The notes: generated from the sequence alone by a model not told the origin. Numbered from the whole stretch's first letter, positions 36,431 to 49,411 are shown. The stretch: 63,367 nt of DNA, filler included, from Octopus bimaculoides (GCF_001194135.2; 11 parts of 8 records of this genome joined end to end with filler, not necessarily neighbours in it), one strand, 5' to 3'. Translations and numbers: made by a program.

Positions 36431-38685
36431 AGGACTGAACCCGGAACCAACCATCCCGGTCTGGGAATCGAACGCACTACCGCATGATTGTGAGCCCGAC
36501 TCTCTAACCACTGAGCCATGCGCCTTCACTATAAAGAGTAAAGTCCCACTTCGCTCATGAATGACCATGGGATAACACTTAGTTAAATAACAAATATATT
36601 ATTGAAATAACACATCGTTGATTAAGAAGTTTTCAACGCCATTTTCGACAACCGTTTGAAACAAACATTTTATATATGAATAGCCATGTCAATGGGTTGA
36701 ACCTCGCAACTTTCAAATTGTCAATTCGTAATATCTATTTAAACTACGGAGGGTTTGTAGTGAATAAATAGAAATGGGTATAATAATCTTATTATTACAT
36801 ATATTTATCTATTTGTCTTGCAATATTATCTACAATATTATCACTTGTTGATATTCTAGAATGAAGAGCAAAATATCCATAAAGTTCGAAAAAACATACA
36901 ATGAAATAATTAACTTACAAAACCTTACTTTACCAACCTGGAAGTTTAAATAAGCGACGGAAAAACAAGTACAAATGCAGGTTCTTTTTAAAGAAATCAA
37001 ATTTGCAGTGGATTCAGTCAAAGCAGAATTATAATCCTATAAAGACATTTTTTTTTTAATACTCTTTCTTTATATTTTCTCGTTATTCAATTCAACACAG
37101 GCTGCAATGGCAGATATTTTATTTCAAATGTTTAGAAAAGACAACTTGTGATGATATATTTTATGCCTGCTTATTTAAAATTCCAGATCGCAAATGCAGT
37201 AAGATTTTAATTTTTAAAAAAATGTAAGGGAAACTTAATTGACAAACAAACATTGAGATTTAATTATTTTCCGCTATCATTGATTATTTTCCAGGTTGTT
37301 GTTTTCTATGAAATATTCTATCTTGGATAAATTCTTTCATTCAGATATCTCATAAAAAATATTTTCTCAAGTTACAAAACGGGATTATTATTTTTTATTT
37401 AAGGGTCACAGGATTTGAATTTCACAGAATTTAATCAATATGGTAATATCAGTGAATATATTTTTATTTTCGGAAACAAAATTATTTACTAAAAAAGAAG
37501 AAACATTGTTTATAAACACTAATCTCGTTATCCTCCTCTTCTTCTTTCTCTTTCTTCTCCTCTTTCTCTTCTTTCTCCTCCTTCTCCTCTTCTTCTTTAT
37601 CCTCCTCATCATCATCATCATCTTCCACTTCTTTCTCCTCCTCCTCCTCTTCTTCAACCTCCTCTTCTTCAACCTCCTCATCGTCGCCTCCTCCTCCCCG
37701 TCCTCATCATCACCCTCATTGTCACCGTCATCGTCGTCGAATAATATACGTCCCATTACGTAGCGGTTCGGCAAAAAAACTGATAGAACAAGTACCTGGC
37801 TTAAAACAAATAAGCATTCGACTAAAAATTCTTCAGGCTGGTGCCCCAGCAGAGCTGCATTCTAATGAATGAAACAAGTAAAAAATATAATCTTTTCTAC
37901 TCTAGGCACAAGGCCCGAAATTTTGGGGGAGGGGGCCAGTCGATTAGATCGACCCCAGTACGCAACTGGTACTTATTTAATCGACTCCGAATTCGGCCTC
38001 GGCGGAATTTGAACTCGGAACGTAAAGACCGACGAAATTACGCTAAGCATTTCACCCAGCATGCTAACGTTTCTTATTTCTTTACTGCCCACAAGGGGCT
38101 AAACATAGAGGGGACAAACAAGGACAGACAAACGGATTAAGTTGATTACATCGACCCTAGTGCGTAACTGGTACTTAATTTATCGACCCCGAAAGGATGA
38201 AAGGCAAAGTCGACCTCGGCGGAATTTGAATTGAGAACGTAACGGCAGACGAAATACCGCTAAGCATTTCGCCCGGCGTGCTAGCGTTTCTGCCAGCTCG
38301 CTGCCTTGTACAGTTTCTTTCATCTTCCCCTCAAAACTGGGGTCAAATTTGCGTTTCATTTTCCCGGGTCCGATAAAGTAGAGAACTACTCATGAACCTG
38401 GGTCTTCAGTGTCCACAGATTCTCCCTCGTGCATACCACAAATTTGCAGCCTTGAATCATTAGAAACAACTAAGGCAGCCAGCTAGCAGAATCGTCAGCG
38501 AAATGCTTAGCGGCATTTCGTCTGTCTTTGCATTCTGAGTTCAAATTCCGCCGAAGTCCACGTTGCCATTCGGGATCGATGAAATAAGTACAAGTGAAGC
38601 AATAGGGGCAACGTAATCGTCTTACCCTCCTCCCGAAATTGCTGACCTTGTGCCAAAATTTGAATCCAATTTTAAAAACAACCGT

Positions 38686-38717
<32 letters not shown>

Positions 38718-39796
38718 CTACTGTCGTCGTTATTATTACTGCTGCTGTTGCTACTGCTACTGCTGCTGCTGCTGCTGCTGTTGCCGTTCCGTACTGCACT
38801 GCTCATCATGCCGTCCTTTGAAGGTCTCAGTAGCACAATCTCTGTTATAGGCTGTAAACGTTTCATTCAGCCATTCTCCATTTATTGTGGAAGAGACATT
38901 TTAAATGCACTGCAACGGTCTTACACGCAACGCCATGCGACGGATTCCAAAGTAGAAAGAGACAAAAGAGTAGGGAAAATGAATGAGTGAATGAGTAGGA
39001 AGAATCGACTTCAGTAATTGACAAGTACTTTATCGTTTTGGGAGGATTTTGGGACCCTGGAAAAAGAAAAGATAACGTTGGCGCAGGCGTGACTTGAAAT
39101 CAAAGCATAGATAACCGGAACAAATACTGCCAATATTTACTCCCTACGGAATGAATCTAAGATAAGTACTGTCTTGTGTGGTAGGAGTCATAAGGCTTGT
39201 TACCCAGTACCCATACCGCGTACGAGACCGAGTTCATAATACTCACCCTGGACGGGACGCCAGTCCATCGAAGAGTAACTCATTTACAGTTGAGTGTACT
39301 GGAGCAACATGAATTGATGTATCTTGCTTAAAAACAATGCACCGTCTAGTTTGGAAATCGAAACCACGATCTGACGATCGTGAGTACAAAGCCTTAACAA
39401 CGAGACCACGCATCATACCCCCAAAATGAAAGACAAAGAGCAATTTGGCATTATTTCGAACAAAACACTCCAGAGAAGCGAAACTTAATTCCGTAAGGCA
39501 CTACACTATTTCTGCGAAGAATCACTTTTTGATATTTTATCTTAATTACGTTAGAGCAATGTCAATTCATATTAACATTGGGTGTCCTTCTTAAAGATTA
39601 GTTTCAAATCATTATTAGTGATTCATTTTATGATTAACTTCTCGGTTCTAAGTGAAATTCTAGCGGATAACATTTTGATTTTTTTTTTTTTCAGATATTG
39701 AACTATTTATCCGGATTCCATAAATTCAGGAAGTATAGAAAACTGGAAAACAAAATTCTTGTTTAAATTCATAGGTTCATTGAACCGAAGATATCT

Positions 39797-39841
39797 TTAA
39801 CTGAAGAGAAACGATCAGGTTGAAACACAGGGGTGTCTTAA
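39797..39841 (+). ncRNA. Type I hammerhead candidate, family D, with closed stem III
   Basis: TTAA-CTGAAGA-ga-AAC gatcag GTT-GAAA-CAC aggg GTG-TC-TTAA; GUC triplet; stems I and II are weak. Confidence 0.5.
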
Positions 39842-40195
39842 CGCCCCACTTCCCTCAAAAAGTTAAGTGTGTTGTCTACACACATCGTCTGAAAAGACAA
39901 TTTGTCCTTCTTTCAGGCAATTTATGTTTCCGACAGGCGTGACTGGGTGGTAAGAAACTTGCTTCCCAAGCACATGGTTCTGGGTTGGTTACATCCCACT
40001 GCGTGGCACCCTGGGCAAGTCTCTTCTATTATAGTCCTGGACCGTACCAAGCCATGTGAGTGGATTTGGTAGATGGAAACTGAATGAAGCTCGTCGTATG
40101 TGTGTGAGTGTGTTTGTATTTGTCCCCCACCGCTGCCGGGCATCCGGTGTTGAGTTTACGTCCCCGATAGAACAAGTAAAAAAATAAAAAATAAA

Positions 40196-40417
40196 TTCGC
40201 CCTTTTAAAGCCTAGCCAGGCTCATGGGCCAGGTTTCCCGGTTTCAATGGCGTATGTATTCCCCAGTTGGACTCATTTTTGCCAGCTGAGTGGACTGGAG
40301 CAACATGAAATGAAGTGTTTTGCTCAAGTACACAACGCATCGCCCGGTTCAGGAATCGAAACCACAATCTTACGATCATGGTGCTGACACCCTAACCACT
40401 AAGCCACGCGCCTCCAC
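40196..40417 (-). mobile_element. tRNA-derived SINE family 4 (CORE-like body), relatively young
   Basis: A-box TGGCTTAGTGG, B-box GGTTTCGATTCC, body 'cttgagcaaaacacttcatttca...gctccagtccactcagctg'; an older copy lies at 39200-39410. Confidence 0.75.
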
Positions 40418-40944
40418 GATAGAACATGTACCAAGCTTTAAAAACGCATGTACTGAAGTCGATTCGTTCGACTAAAATTCTTCAGGGCAGTGCCCCAGCG
40501 AGGCCTCGGTCTAATGATTGAAACAAGTGAAAGATAAAATATAGAATGTAAGAGATAAACAACAGAAGATAAAAGTTAAAAGATAAGAGATTAATTGAGA
40601 TAAACAAGAGCCAAAATTATTCTTCACATTCATCGATCCAAATCTAGTTTTGAGTGAAGAGACATAACCAGATCGATACACTCTAGTGTCTCAAAATTCC
40701 CTTCCTTTATTCAGTCGAGTGTCTTGTGAACATAAATTGTCTGAAAGGTTAGCGATTAGCATATTCACGTTCGAAACTACCGGAATATATTGAGAATGAA
40801 TGTGTGTGCCATTGTTTTGATTTTTGCTGTTCTCTGTACACGCAACGGTTTATTAGCAATTTAATATCTTTTTTATCATTTCATTTCTACTTGTTTCAGT
40901 GCTTTGGACTGCGGGATTTTAGTCGAACAAATCGACTCCTCTCA

Positions 40945-41222
40945 TTTGCCGAAGGGCTAAGTTCTCGGGGAGATTCAGCGTGACACAGAGTGAGACAAGG
41001 CTGGCCCTTTGAAATACAGATACAACAGAAACAGGAAGAAAAAGTGAGAGAAAGTTCTGGTGAAAGAGTACAACAGGGTTCGCCAACCCGCCTGCCGGAG
41101 CTTCGTGGAGCTTTAGGTGTTTTCGCTCAATAAATACTGACAATCCCCGGTCTGGGAATCGAAACCGCGATCCTCTGACCGCGAGTCCGCTGTCCTAACC
41201 ACTGGGCCATTGCGCCTCCACT
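40945..41222 (-). mobile_element. tRNA-derived SINE, family 1
   Basis: Reverse complement begins tggaggcgcaatggcccagtggttaggacagcggactcgcggtcagaggatcgcggtttcgattcccagaccggg; the body aligns with 4921-5217. Confidence 0.85.
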
Positions 41223-41414
41223 GTCTAAGTATATAACTGTCCTCAAATACCTGTGTGTGTGTGTGTTTTACTGAACAGTAACTTACTATTGTGTCTATGT
41301 CACTNNNNNNNNNNNNNNNNNNNNNNNNNNNNNNNNNNNNNNNNNNNNTTAATTAATTAANNNNNNNNNNNNNNNNNNNNNNNNNNNNNNNNNNNNNNNN
41401 NNNNTATATTCGAA

Positions 41415-42258
41415 TTGTGTTTAACGTTTTCTTGATGTCCTGTACCCATATATGCATGTATATATACATATATGTATGTATGTACATATATGTATGGATA
41501 TATGCATATATTTATATATTATTTATATTAATATACGATCGAATGCCACGCATTCGTGTCCAAGTAAGTTTTATCTTAATAACTACGATGCGCACTCTTC
41601 TACTACTTCTTTTCTGTCTATCTTTCTCTCTCTCTTGTTCTTCATCCTTTCTGTTTTTCTCTCCCACCCTTTCCCTATTCTTCTCCCACCCTTTCCCTAT
41701 TCTCCCTTCTCTCTCTCTCACTCTTCCTCCATGACTCTCGTCACTGACGCGTGATGAAAGGGGATCGCTTACTCTCTCCACTTCCTTCCTAAAGAAAAGA
41801 CGTGCCTTTTCCTGTTTCCTCTCATGGCTGGTCTACGTAGAGTTCTATCGTCTTGGCTCAACAGACCTCACCGTTTGTTTTTACTGTCTTGCTCTCACTG
41901 TCCTGTTCTTTTTAACACCCTTTCACCCGCCGCAAAAAATCCCAAATCTTATTTAATTTGCTTTTCAGGAAGGACTGTTTCAACGAAGTCGCGTATTGTC
42001 CTTGCCTTCGAAAGCGCGGAGTAGATGAAACAGGGACGACTGGCGAAGGAGTATACTCTTTATGTTGCATGTCTCTTTTCTCTGTTTGTTTGTTTTTCGT
42101 TGTTCTAAAAAAAGTTCGTTTTTATGTTTTCGTTTCTCAATGTGTTTAATGTTTCTGGGGTGTCCTGTACCTATATATGCATGTATATATACATATATAT
42201 GTAGATATGCACATATATGTATGGATATATGCATATATTTATACATTACTTATATTAT
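41415..42258 (+). repeat. Region of about 840 bp bounded by about 115-bp direct repeats (41415-41530 and 42140-42258); possible partial tandem terminal repeat
   Basis: tgtgtttaa(c/t)gttt...tgtcctgtacc(c)atatatgcatgtatatatacatata...ggatatatgcatatattta recurs at both ends. Confidence 0.55.
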
Positions 42259-43843
42259 GTTATATATATATATATATNNNNNNNNNNNNNNNNNNNNNNN
42301 NNNNNNNNNNNNNNNNNNNNNNNNNNNNNNNNNNNNNNNNNNNNNNNNNNNNNNNNNNNNNNNNNNNNNNNNNNNNNNNNNNNNNNNNNNNNNNNNNNNN
42401 NNNNNNNNNNNNNNNNNNNNNNNNNNNNNNNNNNNNNNNNNNNNNNNNNNNNNNNNNNNNNNNNNNNNNNNNNNNNNNNNNNNNNNNNNNNNNNNNNNNN
42501 NNNNNNNNNNNNNNNNNNNNNNNNNNNNNNNNNNNNNNNNNNNNNNNNNNNNNNNNNNNNNNNNNNNNNNNNNNNNNNNNNNNNNNNNNNNNNNNNNNNN
42601 NNNNNNNNNNNNNNNNNNNNNNNNNNNNNNNNNNNNNNNNNNNNNNNNNNNNNNNNNNNNNNNNNNNNNNNNNNNNNNNNNNNNNNNNNNNNNNNNNNNN
42701 NNNNNNNNNNNNNNNNNNNNNNNNNNNNNNNNNNNNNNNNNNNNNNNNNNNNNNNNNNNNNNNNNNNNNNNNNNNNNNNNNNNNNNNNNNNNNNNNNNNN
42801 NNNNNNNNNNNNNNNNNNNNNNNNNNNNNNNNNNNNNNNNNNNNNNNNNNNNNNNNNNNNNNNNNNNNNNNNNNNNNNNNNNNNNNNNNNNNNNNNNNNN
42901 NNNNNNNNNNNNNNNNNNNNNNNNNNNNNNNNNNNNNNNNNNNNNNNNNNNNNNNNNNNNNNNNNNNNNNNNNNNNNNNNNNNNNNNNNNNNNNNNNNNN
43001 NNNNNNNNNNNNNNNNNNNNNNNNNNNNNNNNNNNNNNNNNNNNNNNNNNNNNNNNNNNNNNNNNNNNNNNNNNNNNNNNNNNNNNNNNNNNNNNNNNNN
43101 NNNNNNNNNNNNNNNNNNNNNNNNNNNNNNNNNNNNNNNNNNNNNNNNNNNNNNNNNNNNNNNNNNNNNNNNNNNNNNNNNNNNNNNNNNNNNNNNNNNN
43201 NNNNNNNNNNNNNNNNNNNNNNNNNNNNNNNNNNNNNNNNNNNNNNNNNNNNNNNNNAAATATATTATAAATTAACTACCAACAAAAATAATTGGTAAGC
43301 CAACTTAAAAAATCATCACCTAAATAGCAGAAAAAAACGACAGTGAAGATATGCAGACTCTTCAAGAATCGATCCTTTTGGTTATATTAATAATAATAAA
43401 GGAGTTACGACGCAAAAACGTATAAATTCAAAAGAACATATTTATCTTCTTCAATATATATTTCAGTATAAAGAATTCATTAAGATGCTTAAATCAAAAT
43501 TTCTTTACACATCATTCAGGAACAGATATAACATCAGAAAAAATACATTCCGTTTAAAAACACAGACCGTTCATGGCGAAAAAATTTCACAATTACACAA
43601 AACGAACAAGATTTTTAAAGTTTTAGCAAAAATAACGCTATTACCTACATACAGGCATCCTCGCGTGCGCCCGTACACACAGGCGCACACACTTTCATAC
43701 GCGCACACACGCTCATGCACGCACACACGTGCCCTCTCACATGNNNNNNNNNNNNNNNNNNNNNNNNNNNNNNNNNNNNNNNNNNNNTTAATTAATTAAN
43801 NNNNNNNNNNNNNNNNNNNNNNNNNNNNNNNNNNNNNNNNNNN

Positions 43844-43898
<55 letters not shown>

Positions 43899-44039
43899 AG
43901 AAACAGACAGCGAGTATATCACGTTATTGTTTCACTTTTATACACAGATATATATTCACGCATGTCAGTTGAAAAGTGAATGTAATAGTAATAGTAATAC
44001 TTACTTTAATACTCAATGGTTTTATATTTCTGTATATGA

Positions 44040-44190
44040 CATGGACCTACTATTCCTGTAACTGCGTCTTCATATACTGTGTTTTCTGTCTTGACATGTT
44101 TATCACTGAGAATGTAGAGGTGCTTTTCATCTGCAACTCTAGAACATCCAACATACGGCTGACCATGTGAGAAGCAAGGTTGAAGGATTT
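44040..44190 (-). mobile_element. Helitron (PIF1-like helicase) C-terminal relic
   Basis: CFSHGQPYVGCSRV...LYIL...TENTVYEDAV, matching the FSHGQLYVAxSRV...TxNxVYxEV helicase end. Confidence 0.72.
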
Positions 44191-44322
44191 TAAGTCTCAC
44201 CACCTTTATATAGTCGATTCAAGCATGAACAGGCAAGAAAAAACACGTAAAAACTACAACGCGAGGACGTGGAATAAGTACAGTGTCATTGGACGCTCAG
44301 GAAAGGAAAGAACAGAAAGAGG

Positions 44323-44357
44323 ATTTCACGTTTCGAGCGGAGCTCTTCATCAGAAAT
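44323..44357 (-). ncRNA. Minimal hammerhead motif, family C (within repeat about 44230-44430); G at the cleavage position
   Basis: Reverse complement ATTT-CTGATGA-A-GAGC tcc GCTC-GAAA-CG-TG-AAAT; the flank 'gacgctcaggaa' is shared with family B. Confidence 0.65.
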
Positions 44358-45380
44358 ATAGAAAAAGTCCAAAGAAGGGAAGACAAAGAAAGAAAATCGC
44401 CAACGATACATACGCGGTCACATTATCTATATAAGGTACATACATACACATATAAATATGTGTGTGTGCGCGTGCGTGCTTGTATGTGTGTGTCTTTGTG
44501 TTTGACCCCCCCCCCCACTATCGCTTAACAACCGGTATTACATTTCCCGTAAGTCAGTGATTTGCTATGAGGACGAGAGAATAAGTACCAGGTTTTTTTT
44601 TGAAATTAAATAAATGCCGGGGTCGATTTGTTCGACTGAAACCCTTCAAGGTGATGCCCCAGCATGATAGCAGTTCAGCGATTGAAATCAGACATGGTTA
44701 AAAGGTAAAAGATAGCAATATTTAATGTACAACCAACTGTAAGATGATTTAGTTGGAATACGTAGCCATAGGCCATTGCTTGAAGAAACCGAAATGACAC
44801 AAGTATCAGTTGATTAAGTTACTCATAGTAGCTGACTGGGGGTGGCATAGCGTTATTAGAACCCTCAGCTTTGTAAAAACCCAGAACTAATTGCGGCAGA
44901 AGCATCTTGTACCACGCTCTAACGATTCTGTAAAAGAGGATTTTACACGCTTGAATGATTTCAGCACTATTAACAATATAACTCCATGAAAGGAGGCGTA
45001 TTGTATCAACAATGTAAGAACAGGAAGTTGTTTTAAAGTTTTCCTCCTTTATTTTCATTTTATCGTTCTCGTCTTATTAACATGAATACGGTGATTAGAA
45101 ATTAGGTAACTTTTAGAGGGAACAGTACATAGTAATAAAAAAAAAAAGAAGAATTTCGGTCATTTAATGCTATTCAACAGAAATGAATATACGAATTGCT
45201 GAGTGTGGGTTGTTGTATGTGCTCACACGCACAAACACACACACACAAACATACATTATGTATGTGTATATACATATGTGTGTATGACCTGAAGGCATAC
45301 TGAAACGATACAGTGTTGAATAGACTGCAGAAAATCACTAATACCCCATATAGCCTTCTAGTGATTTCATGTTGTATACC

Positions 45381-45455
<75 letters not shown>

Positions 45456-46866
45456 NNNNNNNNNNNNNNNNNNNNNNNNNNNNNNNNNNNNNNNNNNNNN
45501 NNNNNNNNNNNNNNNNNNNNNNNNNNNNNNNNNNNNNNNNNNNNNNNNNNNNNNNNNNNNNNNNNNNNNNNNNNNNNNNNNNNNNNNNNNNNNNNNNNNN
45601 NNNNNNNNNNNNNNNNNNNNNNNNNNNNNNNNNNNNNNNNNNNNNNNNNNNNNNNNNNNNNNNNNNNNNNNNNNNNNNNNNNNNNNNNNNNNNNNNNNNN
45701 NNNNNNNNNNNNNNNNNNNNNNNNNNNNNNNNNNNNNNNNNNNNNNNNNNNNNNNNNNNNNNNNNNNNNNNNNNNNNNNNNNNNNNNNNNNNNNNNNNNN
45801 NNNNNNNNNNNNNNNNNNNNNNNNNNNNNNNNNNNNNNNNNNNNNNNNNNNNNNNNNNNNNNNNNNNNNNNNNNNNNNNNNNNNNNNNNNNNNNNNNNNN
45901 NNNNNNNNNNNNNNNNNNNNNNNNNNNNNNNNNNNNNNNNNNNNNNNNNNNNNNNNNNNNNNNNNNNNNNNNNNNNNNNNNNNNNNNNNNNNNNNNNNNN
46001 NNNNNNNNNNNNNNNNNNNNNNNNNNNNNNNNNNNNNNNNNNNNNNNNNNNNNNNNNNNNNNNNNNNNNNNNNNNNNNNNNNNNNNNNNNNNNNNNNNNN
46101 NNNNNNNNNNNNNNNNNNNNNNNNNNNNNNNNNNATATATATTCTTTTCTAGTTTAGGCACAAGGCTCGAAATTTTGTGGGGTTTCAGTACAGAGAAAAT
46201 TTTTGGAGATTTCAGTACGGAGAGAAGTTTTGTTAAATCATGGGGATGCCATTTTTTTTTGTTGTTGACAAATCTGACACCTTGGAAGTTTGATAAGCGT
46301 AAGATGCGAAACCGGTACTCCCAGTTTATTATATAATGTTGTAATACAACTCTTTGTTTCATTATGATCTTAGTATTAGCATAAATTTTATTATACAAAC
46401 CTCCTGTGGGTTTTTACATAGTTTTCTTTCCTAAATATCTACAATTACGTGTAAACAAGATCTGACACCCTTGTGTTTTATATATATATATGCAAGCGTG
46501 TGCGTGTTTGTGTGTGTGTAAATATATATATCTCTTTTATCTTTTACTTGCTTCAGTCATTAGACTGGGGTCTTAAAGAATTTTTAGTCGAATATATTGA
46601 AATATTAGCAACATCAAGTGGAAGTCTCCATCTGTATTCCTGCGGTTATAGAAATAGAGATTGAAAATTCTATTTGATATCGTTGATATTTCAATACAAG
46701 TATCAACAATAGCATATGACCCGCCTTGACCAATATCAGGACTATCTCCAGTAGCCATTTTGAACTTCCTTCATAACTCCATTCAGTCAACTAAGACTGG
46801 AGAGCAAGATTCGTGCGACAAACCTACGAAATTTTGTTGTATGAAGTCGAATCAAACAGTTATTAA

Positions 46867-46927
<61 letters not shown>

Positions 46928-46935
46928 TAATAATA

Positions 46936-47217
46936 ATCTAAAAACAGAAACAATTCCTATCATAGTAGGTGCCTTAGGTATAATAAAAAACTATTCAGAC
47001 AAATACATAACAAAAACACCAGGATTTACAAATATATATAACATACAGAAAATTGCACTACTGGGCACTGCACACATCCTACGCAAAACACTTTCAATAC
47101 AGTAACCATAAGAGCATCACAGCAAACCACAGCACATACTCAAGGCACACAGAGCTGCGCTCGGTAGTGAAGTGAAAGCACGTTATAAAAATAAAACTAC
47201 TGAACAATAATAATAAT
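46936..47217 (+). mobile_element. 5'-truncated copy of the same RLE non-LTR family, flanked by (AAT)n on both sides
   Basis: LKTETIPIIVGALGIIKNYSDKYITKTPGFTNIYNIQKIALLGTAHILRKTLSIQ*; the 3' UTR matches the copy at 19395-19872. Confidence 0.88.
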
Positions 47218-47678
47218 ACTTTCTTTTAGTGGCCATAAAGGCATAACACAAAACAAATAGGGATGATACAATACAAGGGACAAGTGTGGTGTTGAACAAT
47301 GCTTTATATACAATAAGTAACATAAGCAATTAACAGTTAAACAATTAAAATTCCGTGTGTGTGTGTATTGCAAGGAGCTATCAAATTCCGTGCTAGTTGA
47401 TACCTTCCTTTTGCTTTTATGAATAACTACAATAACTACTGAATATTAGAATTCCTTGCATAATCAATCATTCAGCGTCTATCCGAAACAGCTGTAAAAA
47501 TAAAACTAGATAAGCTGCATGTTATTTGATACTTGCAACTTTCCCTATCACTACAATTTTGACGCCTGTTATTGTTTGTCTGTCTTTGCATATACACACG
47601 CACACTCTTATATATAAATAAAGATAGATCGATCGATAGATGGATAGATGGATAGACAGATAAATGTACATGTATATA

Positions 47679-47734
<56 letters not shown>

Positions 47735-48419
47735 CATACATACATACATACATACAAAAGTACACACACATACTATATAGTATAAATACATAAGCACGCA
47801 CACACACCACACACACACAGACACACAAATATATGTGTGTGTGTGTGTATGTGTTTCTGTGTATTTGTGCGTGATACATATATATACATATATCCATATG
47901 GATTATACTTAATGTATATATACTGTTGATAAATGCCCGTTACTGCGGTATTTGTCTTGAGGCGACATTTCTGTTGGATGTGCTGTGTTACAGACTCGAT
48001 AGATATCAGAGTGGGACGAAAATCCGTCCCTGAAGCGGCCTGCTGGTTTTTCACAAGGATACAAAGATCAATCGTTGGAATGTAGCTAACAAAACAATGT
48101 CACATTTTGAACTTGAAACAAATCCTGCTTAATTTTACTCTTCCGCTTACAATGCATGCATGCATGCATGCTTGCATGTATGTATGTATGTATGTATGTA
48201 TGTATGTATGTATGTCATTGTTCAGTTTTATTCCAAGATTTCTTGCCAATAGAGAAAGGGCCGGTTTCTAAACTAGATGCAATGCTCCTTTATTGGAATT
48301 TCAACATCAACAACAGGGTATTTTTGTTGGTATGTATGTATATGTGCAGATTTGTATGTTTTGTTTTACGTATATATTCTCATGCATATAGTTACATATC
48401 TAGACATGCTCATATATAT

Positions 48420-48705
48420 TTAATTGTTAAACTTCTGGAAAGTTTTACAGATTTTTACAGTTCCAGTGATGGATTGGATCTGTAGTCGTCGAATCAGCTT
48501 TCTCCTTTCTGGTTTTGAGAAGCCTAATTTCTCAAGATTGGGATTTAGCCAGTGTGTTACATATCCCAGTGCCCCAATTATTACAGGTAGAAACCTGAAC
48601 TTATAATCTGGATGAAATAACTGCATATTTTTCAATAGTTCATCATAGGTATTCTCTTTTTCCCTGATCTTCAGTTTTATGTTAACATCCGCTGGGCAGT
48701 TTATT
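48420..48705 (-). mobile_element. RLE non-LTR retrotransposon C-terminus, second family
   Basis: EINCPADVNIKLKIREKENTYDELL...PDYKFRFLPVIIGALG...LQIQSITGTVKICKTF. Confidence 0.8.
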
Positions 48706-49142
48706 TCCACCTATGTATTGTGTGTATGTATGTATGTACGTATGTATGTATGTATGTATGTATGTATGTATGTATGTCCGAGGAAGGTTCATACGTCAAG
48801 AAAAAAAAAAAATCATACTAAATGCCATAAATTAAAAAAAAAAAAAACCATATTCCACCAAGGAAATTTACCGGATGATTAAATATGAAAACAAAATCCC
48901 TCGCTATACTTTTTCGGTCAAGTACGTCTGGTGATTGCTTAATCATGCTTTCTGCTTAGAAAACCATGATTTCGCTTGTTACCCGGTAACTTTGCGTCAC
49001 CTTCTTAATTTACAACATTGTACTATAATTACACACGCACACNNNNNNNNNNNNNNNNNNNNNNNNNNNNNNNNNNNNNNNNNNNNTTAATTAATTAANN
49101 NNNNNNNNNNNNNNNNNNNNNNNNNNNNNNNNNNNNNNNNNN

Positions 49143-49332
49143 GGTATTGTTGGTTTTTTGGGTGTTAAACAGCGTCTTTCAATTACCTTAGCAACAGAGT
49201 AAATAATTTCATTTAATTTATTAAGATCGGGTTTTAGTTGTTGTATGATCTCTTGTGTAAGACAGTTGCCAATTTTTATTTGCGTTTTATGTTGGTGTGC
49301 ATTTGGGAGTTTATGGAGTGGTTCCCTTTCAT

Positions 49333-49335
<3 letters not shown>
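49143..49335 (-). mobile_element. Probable pre-RT N-terminal fragment of an RLE-type non-LTR element
   Basis: Open frame EREPLHKLPNAHQHKTQIKIGNCL...DLNKLNEIIYSVAKVIERRC; abuts (TTA)n; the assignment is by general resemblance only. Confidence 0.4.
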
Positions 49336-49410
<75 letters not shown>

Positions 49411-49411
<1 letters not shown>

